The position numbers were made by a program, and so were the translations under genes. The notes beneath the pieces were generated by a model that worked only from the letters and a program-made list of their open reading frames with translations, had not been told where the DNA came from and made no database searches. Below are positions 36,594 to 45,841 of a DNA stretch of 64,000 bases, piece by piece. This DNA comes from Planctomycetota bacterium (GTDB lineage: Bacteria > Planctomycetota > Brocadiia > Brocadiales > Bathyanammoxibiaceae). Position 1 is the first letter of the stretch, and the number at the start of each line of letters is the position of its first letter. The stretch is from NCBI GenBank assembly GCA_016209685.1, contig JACQVQ010000013.1, forward strand, positions 102,341-166,340. Direction: 5' to 3'.

Positions 36594-37358
36594 ATGCAAA
36601 ATAACAGGTTAGTAGAATTCCACGATGCCGCCCTGGGCTATGGTAGGAGGGTGGTGGTAGACCACGTTAACCTTACCATTGAGAGGGGAGATTTCCTGGG
36701 TATAGCCGGGCCCAATGGCTCCGGGAAGACTACCCTCCTCAAGGCCCTGCTCAGGATGCTGAAACCCATCCGCGGCAGTGTCTATTTTGGGGAGGAACTC
36801 CGCCGGAGGAAAAAACCACTAGGGTACGTGCCTCAGAGGGAGTTTCTTGACGAGATATTCCCCCTTACCGTTATGGACGTAGTGGTGATGGGGAGGTATG
36901 CAGGGATAGGTCTTGTGAAAAAACCTGGGAAGGAGGACTACGCCGTCGTCCATGATGCCATTGCCCAGGTGAATATGGAGGGACACGTCCACAGGAACTT
37001 CCGGGACCTCTCAGGGGGGCAGAAACAGAGGGTACTCATCGCTAGGGCACTTGCAGGTAAGCCCTCTATACTGGTACTGGACGAACCCTGCGACAACCTG
37101 GACATTGCCGGCGAACAGGAGATTATGGAACTCCTCAAGGGCCTCCACAAGGAACGTAACCTTACCGTAGTAATGGTAAGCCACCTCCTTACGGTAATGA
37201 CCAACTACGTAGAAAAACTGGCCATAATTGAGAGCGGGAGGCTCTACGTGGGGAAGGTGGACGACATCCTCACTGAGGAGAACTTGCAGAGGATTTACTC
37301 CATGAACGTGAAGATTTATAACGTGGGCGGTAAGAAGGCCATTATCGGGCAGAGTTAA
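36594..37358 (+). CDS. znuC: metal ABC transporter ATP-binding protein
   Basis: ORF track starts 36552 inside a repeat; ATG 36594 (MQNNRLVEFHD...) is preferred. Walker A GPNGSGKTT, signature LSGGQKQR, Walker B ILVLDEP. Confidence 0.85.
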   Translation: MQNNRLVEFHDAALGYGRRVVVDHVNLTIERGDFLGIAGPNGSGKTTLLKALLRMLKPIRGSVYFGEELRRRKKPLGYVPQREFLDEIFPLTVMDVVVMGRYAGIGLVKKPGKEDYAVVHDAIAQVNMEGHVHRNFRDLSGGQKQRVLIARALAGKPSILVLDEPCDNLDIAGEQEIMELLKGLHKERNLTVVMVSHLLTVMTNYVEKLAIIESGRLYVGKVDDILTEENLQRIYSMNVKIYNVGGKKAIIGQS

Positions 37359-38170
37359 TGGAACACCTCCTTACCACGCTCAGTCTCTTCCGCTATGCCC
37401 TTGCTGGCATTGTCCTGGTATCCTTCATATGTTCTTATCTGGGCGTATACCTGGTCCTCAAGAGGATAATCTTTTTAGGGGTGGCCATTGCCCAGATATC
37501 TTCAATGGGCGTGGCCTTTGCCTTCCTCCTGCATCTGCCCCCCATGGTCTTCTCGTTGCTCTTTACGTTCCTGGGGATGCTGATTATGTCTATGTCGCAG
37601 AACCTGGCGGGCAAGAGGCTCTCGCAGGAGGGTATAGTAGGTCTGGCCTTCGTGACCGCCTCGGCGGTTACTACGCTGATGATGGCCAAGAGCCCGTTGG
37701 GCATCCATGAGGTGGAACACGTGGTTTACGGTGACATACTGGCCATCTCCCCACTACAGGTCTACATCGCCCTGGGCATGGTGGTAACGGTGATAACTCT
37801 GCACCTGCTCTTTTACAAAGAATTCATCTTCGTCTCCTTTGACTACGACATGGCCAAGGCCCAGGGGGTAAACTCCGCCCTGTGGAACATGCTCCTATAC
37901 TTCAGTATCGGGGCGGCCATAGCCATTGGGATTATGATTGCGGGGAACATGATGATAACCTCCTGTATAATACTCCCGGCCCTGAACGGTCTGATCCTTG
38001 CCAGCAGGCTGAGGAACGTCTTTATTGTCTCCTGCATACAGGGGGTATGCACTGCCACCCTGGCCTTCTTTATCTCCTACCTCCTTGACCTCCCCTACGG
38101 CCCCACCGCCGCCGCCAGTTCCTTCGTCACCCTCGGCTTTTCCTTTATTGCGTATAGATTTAAGAAATAA
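37358..38170 (+). CDS. znuB: metal ABC transporter permease
   Basis: 270-aa polytopic ORF overlapping the znuC stop (TAATG); ABC-3 family look. Confidence 0.8.
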   Translation: MEHLLTTLSLFRYALAGIVLVSFICSYLGVYLVLKRIIFLGVAIAQISSMGVAFAFLLHLPPMVFSLLFTFLGMLIMSMSQNLAGKRLSQEGIVGLAFVTASAVTTLMMAKSPLGIHEVEHVVYGDILAISPLQVYIALGMVVTVITLHLLFYKEFIFVSFDYDMAKAQGVNSALWNMLLYFSIGAAIAIGIMIAGNMMITSCIILPALNGLILASRLRNVFIVSCIQGVCTATLAFFISYLLDLPYGPTAAASSFVTLGFSFIAYRFKK

Positions 38171-38171
38171 A

Positions 38172-38346
38172 TTGAGACCTCTGAAAAACTTTACTTACAT
38201 GTCATTCTGAGGGAGCTAAGCGACCGAAGAATCTGACACAAAGTGTCACCCTGAGCGAAGCGAAGGGTCTAGTTTCTTAGCCATGAGATTCTTCGCTTCG
38301 CTCAGAATGACAAGTTGTGCGGTGTAGACTTTTGCAGAGGTCTCAA
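38172..38346. mobile_element. MITE-like element D (complete, two internal hairpin modules)
   Basis: TIRs TTGAGACCTCTGAAAAAC / GACTTTTGCAGAGGTCTCAA. Sits between the znuB stop (38168-38170) and thiE. Confidence 0.8.
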
Positions 38347-38431
38347 AAAATAAAGACCACTTACAATGTTGTCTTAAGCTTAGAGGTTTAGTCCTTGAAA
38401 ACAAGGGAATTTTGGTTTAAGGTCTAGCTTT

Positions 38432-39112
38432 ATGTTGCAGAGAAGTCCCTGTAAGGCCCTTGACCGCCTGGGGCGGGCAAGGTTATACGTAATACTGACC
38501 AGCCATCTGTGCAAGAGGCCCATCCTGGAGACGGCCCGCCTGGCCCTTAAGGGGGGGGCAGATATGCTCCAACTGAGGGAGAAGGACATGCCAGATGCGG
38601 ACTTCCTCAGGCTGGCACTAGAACTCAGGGAACTTACTGCAAGGATGGGGAGACTATTTATCGTAAATGACCGCCACCACATCGCCCTGGAGTCCGGGGC
38701 CGATGGGGTGCACCTGGGACAGGGGGATATGCCTATTAGCGAGGCCAGAAAACTGTTAGGAAAAGATTTTATCATTGGCCTATCCACCCACAGCCTTGAG
38801 CAGGTCGAGATGGCCTATAAGCAGGGGGCGGATTACATTGGCATCGGCCCTATTTCCCCCACACAAACCAAGCCAAAGGAACGACCCGTAGGCACAGAAA
38901 TACTGTATAAAATGAAAGACCTTCCCATACCTTGTTTTGTGGTAGGGGGCATTACGTTGACTAACCTGTCAGAGGTTACCGGGGCCGGGGTGGGGCGAGT
39001 GGCCGTATGTTCTGCCGTGATAAGCCAGGACGATGTACTTAATACAACGCGCCTTCTCAGCCAGGCATTACGAAGCGGTAGGGGCACATTGCAACGTGCC
39101 CCTACTTTGTAA
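38432..39112 (+). CDS. thiE: thiamine-phosphate synthase
   Basis: 226-aa ORF; RLYVILTS...GGADMLQLREKD...GADGVHLGQGD...GISTHS...GADYIGIGPI pattern. The last ~11 codons run through a REP-like palindrome. Confidence 0.9.
   Translation: MLQRSPCKALDRLGRARLYVILTSHLCKRPILETARLALKGGADMLQLREKDMPDADFLRLALELRELTARMGRLFIVNDRHHIALESGADGVHLGQGDMPISEARKLLGKDFIIGLSTHSLEQVEMAYKQGADYIGIGPISPTQTKPKERPVGTEILYKMKDLPIPCFVVGGITLTNLSEVTGAGVGRVAVCSAVISQDDVLNTTRLLSQALRSGRGTLQRAPTL
39078..39105. repeat. REP-like palindrome GTAGGGGCACATTGCAACGTGCCCCTAC overlapping the thiE 3' end
   Basis: Translated as ...GRGTLQRAPTL* at the thiE C-terminus. Confidence 0.8.
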
Positions 39113-39118
39113 CGCCTC

Positions 39119-40753
39119 ATGGGTGAACACTCCTTCATAAGCTCTGCCAGGACCATAAGCCTCTGCACCTTACTCAGCCGTATCCTGGGCCTTGCGAGGG
39201 ACGTCCTCTGTGCCAGCGTCTTCGGGACGGGCCTGGTATGGGACGCCTTTGCCGTGGCCTTCCGTATCCCCAACCTCTTCCGTCGGCTCTTCGGTGAAGG
39301 GGCACTGACGGCCGCCTTCATACCTACCTTTACGGAGTACCTAGAGAAAAAGGGCGAGGAGGAGGCATGGAGGCTGGTTAGCGTCGTGACCACGGCCCTT
39401 GCCCTCCTCCTGACACTGGTAGTCCTGGCCGTAGAGACCTCTCTCTTCGTCGCCCTCAGGTCAGTCTCACTGGAGGCCAAGTGGGAAAAGACCCTGGAAC
39501 TCTCGGCCATAATGTTCCCCTACAGCCTCTTTATCTGCCTGACTGCCCTGGTTTCTGCCATACTGAATTGTCTCAGGCACTTCTTTATGCCTGCCTTTTC
39601 TCCGGTTATATTGAATCTCTGCTGGATAGGCTCTATATTCCTTGCCGTCCATAGCCTTGGGAAAGCCCCCGAGGAGGCTATCTACGTGGTAGCTATCGCA
39701 GTCTTGGTAGCAGGACTATTACAGCTAGGTTCGCAGTGGCTCATTGTCCGCAGCAATGGGGGTAGGGTTCGTCTCCTGGTAGAACTCTCCCACCCTGGAT
39801 TAAGGGAAATAGTTACCAACATGGGCCCTGTGGTCTTTGGTCTGGCGGTGGTGCAGATAAACGTACTGGTGGACAGTCTTATTGCCGTAGGTTTTGCAAG
39901 CCCCCCGGGAGGCCCGACCTCTTTTGAGTTTTTGGGCAGGACGGTGGACTTTCCTTTAAAGAGCGGTGCGGCCTCGGTACTCTACTACGGAGACAGGCTG
40001 ATGGAATTTCCTCTGGGTATGATAGGTGTAGCAATGGCAACGGCCGTCTTTCCGACCCTTTCTACTCAGTCTGTGCGTGGGGATTGGAGTGGTTTTTCGG
40101 AGACCCTGAAGAAGGCCCTTTCCATGGTATTATTCGTGGGCATCCCTGCCGCCGTGGGGCTGGCCATATTGGGTGGGCCTATGGCAGAGTTGTTCTTCCA
40201 GCGGAGGGCCTTCACCCTGGAGTCCGCCCAACGTACTGCCTGGGTGATAAGCTTCTATTCCGTAGGGTTATGGGCCTTCTGCGCCATGCACGTCCTGGTG
40301 AGGGCCTTCCATTCCATGAAGGACACCCGTACCCCTGCCAGGGTAGGGGCGAGCATGGTTGGATTAAACCTTATGTCAAATCTGGCGCTTATCTGGTATC
40401 TTCAGGAAGGTGGATTGGCCCTCTCCACCTCCATGTGTGCCATCTTGCAGGTGGCCATACTCCTTTACGCCCTGCATGATAGGTTAGGGTTGAAGGGCAT
40501 GGGGCAGGTAGTGGGCTCTTGCGGAAAGACCCTCGTGGCTACCGGCGTCATGGCCTTAATCTGTTTAGGCACGCTGTACATGGCCCCGCAGGCAGGTGGT
40601 ACGTTTGGGACCAAGGCTGTAAGGTTGTTCTTGCCGGTATCGTCAGGTCTAATCGGGTTCCTGGGTACTGCCTATCTCCTGGGCTCAGAAGAACTCGGCC
40701 AGCTCTATTACACCTTTAGGGGTAGGGGACCAGGGAACAGGGGTAAAAATTAA
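39119..40753 (+). CDS. murJ: lipid II flippase MurJ/MviN
   Basis: 544-aa polytopic ORF; N-terminus SLCTLLSRILGLARDVL...FRIPNLFRRLFGEGAL is typical of MurJ. The last ~11 codons and the stop lie in a dispersed repeat. Confidence 0.9.
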   Translation: MGEHSFISSARTISLCTLLSRILGLARDVLCASVFGTGLVWDAFAVAFRIPNLFRRLFGEGALTAAFIPTFTEYLEKKGEEEAWRLVSVVTTALALLLTLVVLAVETSLFVALRSVSLEAKWEKTLELSAIMFPYSLFICLTALVSAILNCLRHFFMPAFSPVILNLCWIGSIFLAVHSLGKAPEEAIYVVAIAVLVAGLLQLGSQWLIVRSNGGRVRLLVELSHPGLREIVTNMGPVVFGLAVVQINVLVDSLIAVGFASPPGGPTSFEFLGRTVDFPLKSGAASVLYYGDRLMEFPLGMIGVAMATAVFPTLSTQSVRGDWSGFSETLKKALSMVLFVGIPAAVGLAILGGPMAELFFQRRAFTLESAQRTAWVISFYSVGLWAFCAMHVLVRAFHSMKDTRTPARVGASMVGLNLMSNLALIWYLQEGGLALSTSMCAILQVAILLYALHDRLGLKGMGQVVGSCGKTLVATGVMALICLGTLYMAPQAGGTFGTKAVRLFLPVSSGLIGFLGTAYLLGSEELGQLYYTFRGRGPGNRGKN

Positions 40754-40880
40754 GAATTCAGAAGTCAGTAGTAAGTGATGGACTATAGACTTTAGACTTT
40801 TTTTAGTCCATAGTCCAAAATCTTTCCGCCTCAGGCGGATTAGTATTCTGAATTCTGACTACTGAATTCTGTATTCCTTC
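40751..40880. repeat. nested word hairpins (GAATTCAGA / GACTATAGAC words) with a central CCGCC hairpin
   Basis: AAGAATTCAGAAGTCAGTAG...GGACTATAGACTTTAGAC-T7-AGTCCATAGTCC...TCCGCCTCAGGCGGA...TATTCTGAATTCTGACTACTGAATTC. Confidence 0.7.
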
Positions 40881-40889
40881 TTCCTTCTG

Positions 40890-42008
40890 TTACAGCAGTA
40901 CCAAATTGTCCCTATGCACCACCTCATCATAGGGCTTGGTGCCCAGGAGTTTGGCAATCTGGGAGCTGGGTTGACCCTTAATCTTCTCCAACTCCTCTGA
41001 GGAATAGTTTGATAGGCCCTTAGCAAATTCTTCTTTATAACAGAAGAGGGATATTACGTCGCCCCTCTCAAAATCCCCCTCTACATGTGTAATACCGGAG
41101 GCCAGCAGACTCTTGCCCCTCCGTGCGAGGGCCTCAGAGGCACCGTGGTCCACATAGATACGTCCCCTGGGGCGCAGGGTGAAGCCTATCCATCGCTTGC
41201 GGCTCTGGAGCCTATGTGTGGCGGGGAGGAAGAGGGTGCCCAGGGGTTCACCTTGCATAATCTTTACGAGGACGTTGGGCGTCCTGCCATTGACCACGAT
41301 TACTGCCTCACCAGAGGCCGTGGCCACCCTGGCGGCCTGGAGTTTACTCTGCATACCCCCCGTCCCCAGATAGGTCTTGCTCTTAAAGGCAAGGTGTTCT
41401 ATCTCCTCGGTAATCTCTTCCACTACGGGGATTACTTCTTTACCGGCAGGGTCTTTGTATAGTCCGTCTACGGAGGATAGCATTACCAGTAATTCCGCCC
41501 TCAGGAGGTTGGTGACCAGGGCGGCAAGGGTGTCGTTATCGGTAAAAGCAATCTCTTCTACTGATACGGTATCATTTTCATTGATGACAGGTATGGCCTT
41601 CATCCTCAGTAGCGTTGCGATGGTATTGGAGGTGTTGAGGTAGCGGTGGCGGTCTTCCAGGTCTTCCCTGGTGAGGAGTATCTGGGCGGCGTGGTAACCA
41701 TGCGTCTTAAAGGAGTCGTCATAGGCCCGTATGAGTTTACTCTGACCTACGGCGGCGGCGGCCTGGAGTTCTGGCAGGGTGGTGGGCCTTTTCTTCATGC
41801 CAAACTCTCCCATACCTGCCCCAATGGCCCCTGAGCTTACTACGGTCACCTCGTAACCCATGTTTCTTAGTCCCACAAGCTGTGTGGAGAGATTGACTAC
41901 TTGTGGTACGTCCAGGAACCCCTCCCTGGTAGTAATCACCCCGGTGCCTACCTTCACTACCAGTCGCTTTGTCCTTGAAATAATCGCCCTTCTCTGGCCT
42001 TCTTGCAT
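40890..42008 (-). CDS. proB: glutamate 5-kinase with PUA domain
   Basis: 372-aa ORF; KRLVVKVGTGVIT... amino-acid-kinase fold followed by a PUA-like C-terminal region. Confidence 0.9.
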   Translation of the reverse strand: MQEGQRRAIISRTKRLVVKVGTGVITTREGFLDVPQVVNLSTQLVGLRNMGYEVTVVSSGAIGAGMGEFGMKKRPTTLPELQAAAAVGQSKLIRAYDDSFKTHGYHAAQILLTREDLEDRHRYLNTSNTIATLLRMKAIPVINENDTVSVEEIAFTDNDTLAALVTNLLRAELLVMLSSVDGLYKDPAGKEVIPVVEEITEEIEHLAFKSKTYLGTGGMQSKLQAARVATASGEAVIVVNGRTPNVLVKIMQGEPLGTLFLPATHRLQSRKRWIGFTLRPRGRIYVDHGASEALARRGKSLLASGITHVEGDFERGDVISLFCYKEEFAKGLSNYSSEELEKIKGQPSSQIAKLLGTKPYDEVVHRDNLVLL

Positions 42009-42053
42009 GGTTTCTCTCTTTTTGACGGGTATAGCCCTGCCACTAAAAAATAG

Positions 42054-42081
42054 TTGACATTTACTACCCTTATGCTATCAT
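42054..42081 (+). promoter_or_regulatory. candidate sigma70 promoter of the histone-fold gene
   Basis: TTGACA (42054-42059), 16-nt spacer, TATCAT (42076-42081). AT-rich leader, SD AAAGGAGA 6 nt before ATG 42144. Confidence 0.5.
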
Positions 42082-42143
42082 TTCCACCACCCTTTATCCT
42101 TATATCCTTTTATATTCTTATATCATAAAAAAAGGAGACATCA

Positions 42144-42335
42144 ATGGCTGCAAAGAAGGGACAAGAAATCCTGGTAGTAGCTAGTAAAGTACGTGAGTAT
42201 ATCAAATCAAAGGGCTGTCTTACCTCCGGAGAGTTGGTTCCGGCGTTGAGCAGCAAACTGCGCTGTTGTGTAGACGGTGCTATAGCTAGGGCAAAGGCCA
42301 ACAGCAGAAAGACCGTGAGCGCCAAGGACGTGTAG
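42144..42335 (+). CDS. bacterial histone-fold protein (HMf/HBb-like singlet, truncated after L2)
   Basis: 63 aa. ILVVASKVREYIKSKG-CLTSGEL-VPALSSKLRCCVDGAIARAKANS-RKTVSAKDV aligns by eye to archaeal HMfB (PIAPIGRIIKDAG...ARHAGRKTIKAEDI) and, from memory, to Bdellovibrio HBb. Confidence 0.65.
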   Translation: MAAKKGQEILVVASKVREYIKSKGCLTSGELVPALSSKLRCCVDGAIARAKANSRKTVSAKDV

Positions 42336-42388
42336 CCTACTGCTATATATTTATATATTATACGTCCAGAATAACTGAAATGGGGGTA

Positions 42389-43828
42389 CTAACTAGCTTC
42401 CAGCTTCTGTTTTAATAGTTCATTGACCATCTGAGGGTTGGCCTTACCTTTGGTCTTGCGCATTATCTGACCCACCAGGAAGGTGAAGGCAGTCTTTTTA
42501 CCTTTTTTATAGTCGGTCAATGCGTTAGGGTTTTCGGTCAGTATCGCCTGGATAATGCCTTCTAGCTCGGCACTGTCGCTTATCTGAAGGAGGCCCCTCT
42601 CTTGTACCAGTTGAGGGGCCTTCTTTTTTGTATCTACCATCTCTACAAAGACCCCTCTGGCCACAGGTATACTCACTGCACCGGTTTCCACAAGCTTTAT
42701 CAATTCCACCAGCATCTCAGGGCCTACTGGGAAGTCCTTTATTTCAAGCCGCCTCTCCTTGAGTTCCCTCAAGACATCGTTGGTTACCCAGTTACAAACT
42801 ACCTTGGGAGATTCGTAGTGCGACACGCACCTCTCAAAGTAGTCTGCTACGGCCTTATCCTCGGTAAGCACCCCGGCATCGTAGTCAGAGAGGCCCAGCT
42901 CCGTCACAAAGCGGTTTCTCCTGGCCAGTGGTAGCTCGGGGAGGGTGGCACTCAACTCCTCCAACCACTGGTCTTTTATCACCACGGGGGCCAAATCAGG
43001 CTCAGGGAAGTAGCGGTAGTCATGGGCCTCCTCCTTGGTGCGCATCCTTTCGGTCCTCTCACGGAGTTCGTCCCAGAGCCTCGTCTCCATGGCTACCACC
43101 CCCCCACCCTCCAGGGATTCCCTCTGCCGTCCCGTCTCATACTCCAGGGCCTTTAGTACCGCCTTCATGGAGTTGAGGTTTTTTATCTCTACCCGGTTGC
43201 CTAGCTTCTCTTGCCCTGTGGGTCTCAGGGAGATGCTGGCCTCAAACCTCAGCGAGCCCTCCTGCATCTTGCAGTCTGAGACCTCCGTGTAGAGGAGTAC
43301 GTTCCTTAAGGTGTTCATGTATGCCTCTGTCTCCTCCAGACTCCTCATGTCAGGGTAGGTGACTATCTCCAATAGAGGCACCCCTGCCCGGTTGAAGTCT
43401 ACCAGGCTATAGTCTGCCCCAGGTTCTTCGGGGTGGAGGAGCTTGCCGGCCTCTTCCTCTAAGTGGACGTTGTGGATGCGTATCCTTCTTTTCTGGTCGT
43501 CGTACTTTATCTCAAGGTAGCCATCTACTCCCAGGTTCAGGTAGTTCTGGGATATCTGGTAGTTTTTGGGCAGGTCGGGGTAGTAATAATTCTTTCTATC
43601 AAAGGTGGTGAATTGGTTTACTCTGCAATGCAGGGCAAGGGTTGCCTTAAGGGCCATCTCAAAGCCCTTTTTGTTCATAACGGGTAGTACCCCAGGGAGC
43701 CCCAGGCAGACCGGACATACCAGGGTATTGGGTGGTGCACCAAATCTGTTGAGACACCCGCAGAAGAGTTTTGTCTCCGTCAGGAGTTCTGCGTGGGTCT
43801 CAAGTCCTACGACTGTCTCATATTGCAT
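42389..43828 (-). CDS. gatB: Asp/Glu-tRNA(Asn/Gln) amidotransferase subunit B
   Basis: 479-aa ORF MQYETVVGLETHAELLTETKLFCGC...; typical GatB N-terminus and YqeY-like tail. Confidence 0.95.
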   Translation of the reverse strand: MQYETVVGLETHAELLTETKLFCGCLNRFGAPPNTLVCPVCLGLPGVLPVMNKKGFEMALKATLALHCRVNQFTTFDRKNYYYPDLPKNYQISQNYLNLGVDGYLEIKYDDQKRRIRIHNVHLEEEAGKLLHPEEPGADYSLVDFNRAGVPLLEIVTYPDMRSLEETEAYMNTLRNVLLYTEVSDCKMQEGSLRFEASISLRPTGQEKLGNRVEIKNLNSMKAVLKALEYETGRQRESLEGGGVVAMETRLWDELRERTERMRTKEEAHDYRYFPEPDLAPVVIKDQWLEELSATLPELPLARRNRFVTELGLSDYDAGVLTEDKAVADYFERCVSHYESPKVVCNWVTNDVLRELKERRLEIKDFPVGPEMLVELIKLVETGAVSIPVARGVFVEMVDTKKKAPQLVQERGLLQISDSAELEGIIQAILTENPNALTDYKKGKKTAFTFLVGQIMRKTKGKANPQMVNELLKQKLEAS

Positions 43829-43864
43829 TGTCCTGTTCCCTACCCCCTACTCCCTACCCCCTAA

Positions 43865-44488
43865 TTATGGTATTATCTCCACCTCTCCGGGAGGCAAGGT
43901 CTTCCCCGAGTCCTTTACCGCCTTTTCTCTGATGGAGAGGACACCCTCTGGCAGTGACTTTTTTACTATCCAGGAGACTAAGCTCCTTGGGGCGTAGAAG
44001 CCTGGCTGGACGGCCACCTCAAGGGTTAGTAGCGTCCCTACCGGGTTATGGGGCTCTATAGACCAGTGACCATCATATACCTTCATATTGCCACCCACTA
44101 GCCGGAAATCTATCCTGTTGGGGGGGCTCTCCTTTACTGACAGCAGTAGTTCCATAGATACCAGGAAGTGTTTAAAGACCTCCTCCACGGTAAGTGTGTC
44201 CCCCTGGCGTCCTATCACCCTGCATCTGGTCATGTGGGGTACAAATTTTGTCATGTGTTCATAGTCAGTGAGTGCCTTCCACACCAATGCAGGTTCTGCC
44301 TCAACGGGGAGTATTATTCTTACGTGCAGGGGCCACTTCCCCTCCTCCGGGGCCTCGGCCTCCACCAGCATCTGCCCCTCTTTGGGTATGGCAATGGAAG
44401 AGGCCTGGCCTTCCCGCTGGCAGATAAATATGGCCATAAAAGGGATAAGAAACACCTTCAGGACATTTTGAAAGACGTGTCCCCTCAT
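43865..44488 (-). CDS. SRPBCC (START/polyketide-cyclase-like) family protein with signal peptide
   Basis: 207-aa ORF coupled (4-nt overlap) to the upstream SDR gene; assignment by overall pattern only. Confidence 0.45.
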   Translation of the reverse strand: MRGHVFQNVLKVFLIPFMAIFICQREGQASSIAIPKEGQMLVEAEAPEEGKWPLHVRIILPVEAEPALVWKALTDYEHMTKFVPHMTRCRVIGRQGDTLTVEEVFKHFLVSMELLLSVKESPPNRIDFRLVGGNMKVYDGHWSIEPHNPVGTLLTLEVAVQPGFYAPRSLVSWIVKKSLPEGVLSIREKAVKDSGKTLPPGEVEIIP

Positions 44489-45411
44489 GGTTTCAAATAA
44501 GTCCTTATAGCCTCTTCAAACCTCATAGGTTCAAGGCCAAAATCCTTTTTCATGGGCGTTACATCGCCGGTGTTATTGCCCTGGAGCATGATTAGTTGTT
44601 CCCTGGTGAGCATGGGTTTAGGAGAGGTCTTTTCCATCAGGTATGCCATGGGCCAGGCCAGGGTTATGGGCACGTGGAGTTTTATCCGCCTTGCCCCCAT
44701 GACTTTCATAACGGTATCCAGTATCTCATCAATGGTAAGCGTCTCCGGCCCACCCAGTTCATAAGTCCTGTTTACTAGGTTAGTATCAAGGGCTGCCTTC
44801 ACAAAGCAGTGGGCAACGTCTCCCACGTAGACAGGCTGCATCCTGGTCTCTCCAGAACCGATGACTGCCAGAAAAGGCAGGGGCCAGGTCTGACGGATTA
44901 GCTTTGCGAACATATTGACGAATTCATCGTCCTTGCCACAGATTATAGAGGGGCGGAAGATGACGTAAGGTAGTCCACTAGACTCTACGGCTAACTCCCC
45001 TAACCACTTGGTAGTGTGATAGCGGCTCGGGGCATCTGGGCGTGTCCCCATGGCACTCATATGTACAAATTTTTTTACCCCGGCCCTTACACCAGCAGTT
45101 ACTACATTGTGGGTGCCCTCTGCATGTACCCTCTCAAAGGTAACAGAGGGTGGTATCTCCCTAATGATTCCCACCAGGTGTATCACCACCTCTACCCCTC
45201 TCATCGCCCCTTCCAGGCTAGAGGGTTTTGTAACGTCTCCGTCACAGAATTCTACGGGCACTGGGGCATTCCGGTTCGTGGCGGGCATATCTTCCAGTAC
45301 GTGGGAGGTAGAGGCCTTTCTGGCCAGGCATCTAACCTGCTGGCCTTCCTGGATTAGTTTCCTCACTATGCTCCTTCCTACGAAGCCGGTGCCGCCTGTA
45401 ACCAGTATCAA
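44485..45411 (-). CDS. NAD(P)-binding SDR-family epimerase/dehydratase-like protein
   Basis: ORF track extends to 45486, overlapping ridA by 70 nt. TTG at 45411 just after the ridA TAG gives LILVTGGTGFVGRSIVRKL (Rossmann TGxxGxxG). Confidence 0.75.
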   Translation of the reverse strand: MILVTGGTGFVGRSIVRKLIQEGQQVRCLARKASTSHVLEDMPATNRNAPVPVEFCDGDVTKPSSLEGAMRGVEVVIHLVGIIREIPPSVTFERVHAEGTHNVVTAGVRAGVKKFVHMSAMGTRPDAPSRYHTTKWLGELAVESSGLPYVIFRPSIICGKDDEFVNMFAKLIRQTWPLPFLAVIGSGETRMQPVYVGDVAHCFVKAALDTNLVNRTYELGGPETLTIDEILDTVMKVMGARRIKLHVPITLAWPMAYLMEKTSPKPMLTREQLIMLQGNNTGDVTPMKKDFGLEPMRFEEAIRTYLKP

Positions 45412-45415
45412 TCCT

Positions 45416-45817
45416 CTATTCCCCCTCCAATAGGGCGATGGCCTCAATCTCCACCCCTGCACCCCTGGGCAGTCCGGAGACTGCAATGACGGAGCGGGCG
45501 GGCCTGGGCGACCGGGGTGAAATAAAGTATTCGTCGTAGACCTTGTTGACGTCCCCGTAGTCCTCTATCCTGGCCAGGTAGATGGTGGTCTTGACCACCC
45601 TGTCCAGGGAGGAACCAGCGGCCTCCAGGATGGCCTTCAGGTTTTCCAGTGCCTGCCGGGTCTGGACTCCAATGTCTCCGGTAACTAGCTGGCCGGTGCC
45701 AGGTTCAAGGGGTATCTGCCCTGAGACAAAGAGGAAGGGGCCACTGCAGATGGCTTGAGAGTAGGGGCCGATGGCCTGGGGGGCCCTGGGAGTGGAGATA
45801 GCCTGTTTTTCTGGCAT
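45416..45817 (-). CDS. ridA: RidA/YjgF-family reactive-intermediate deaminase
   Basis: 133-aa ORF; ...APQAIGPYSQA...GQIPL...TTIYL...ARSVIAVSGLPRGAGVEIEAIA is the typical RidA pattern. Confidence 0.9.
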   Translation of the reverse strand: MPEKQAISTPRAPQAIGPYSQAICSGPFLFVSGQIPLEPGTGQLVTGDIGVQTRQALENLKAILEAAGSSLDRVVKTTIYLARIEDYGDVNKVYDEYFISPRSPRPARSVIAVSGLPRGAGVEIEAIALLEGE

Positions 45818-45841
45818 CTGTGCCTTCCCCCGAAGTCCCGA

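Noticed and set aside
38171-38431. TPP riboswitch upstream of thiE
   Set aside because: The gap is occupied by MITE-like element D. I could not find the conserved TPP-riboswitch CUGAGA / ACCUGAUCUGGAUAAUGCCAGCG-type segments.
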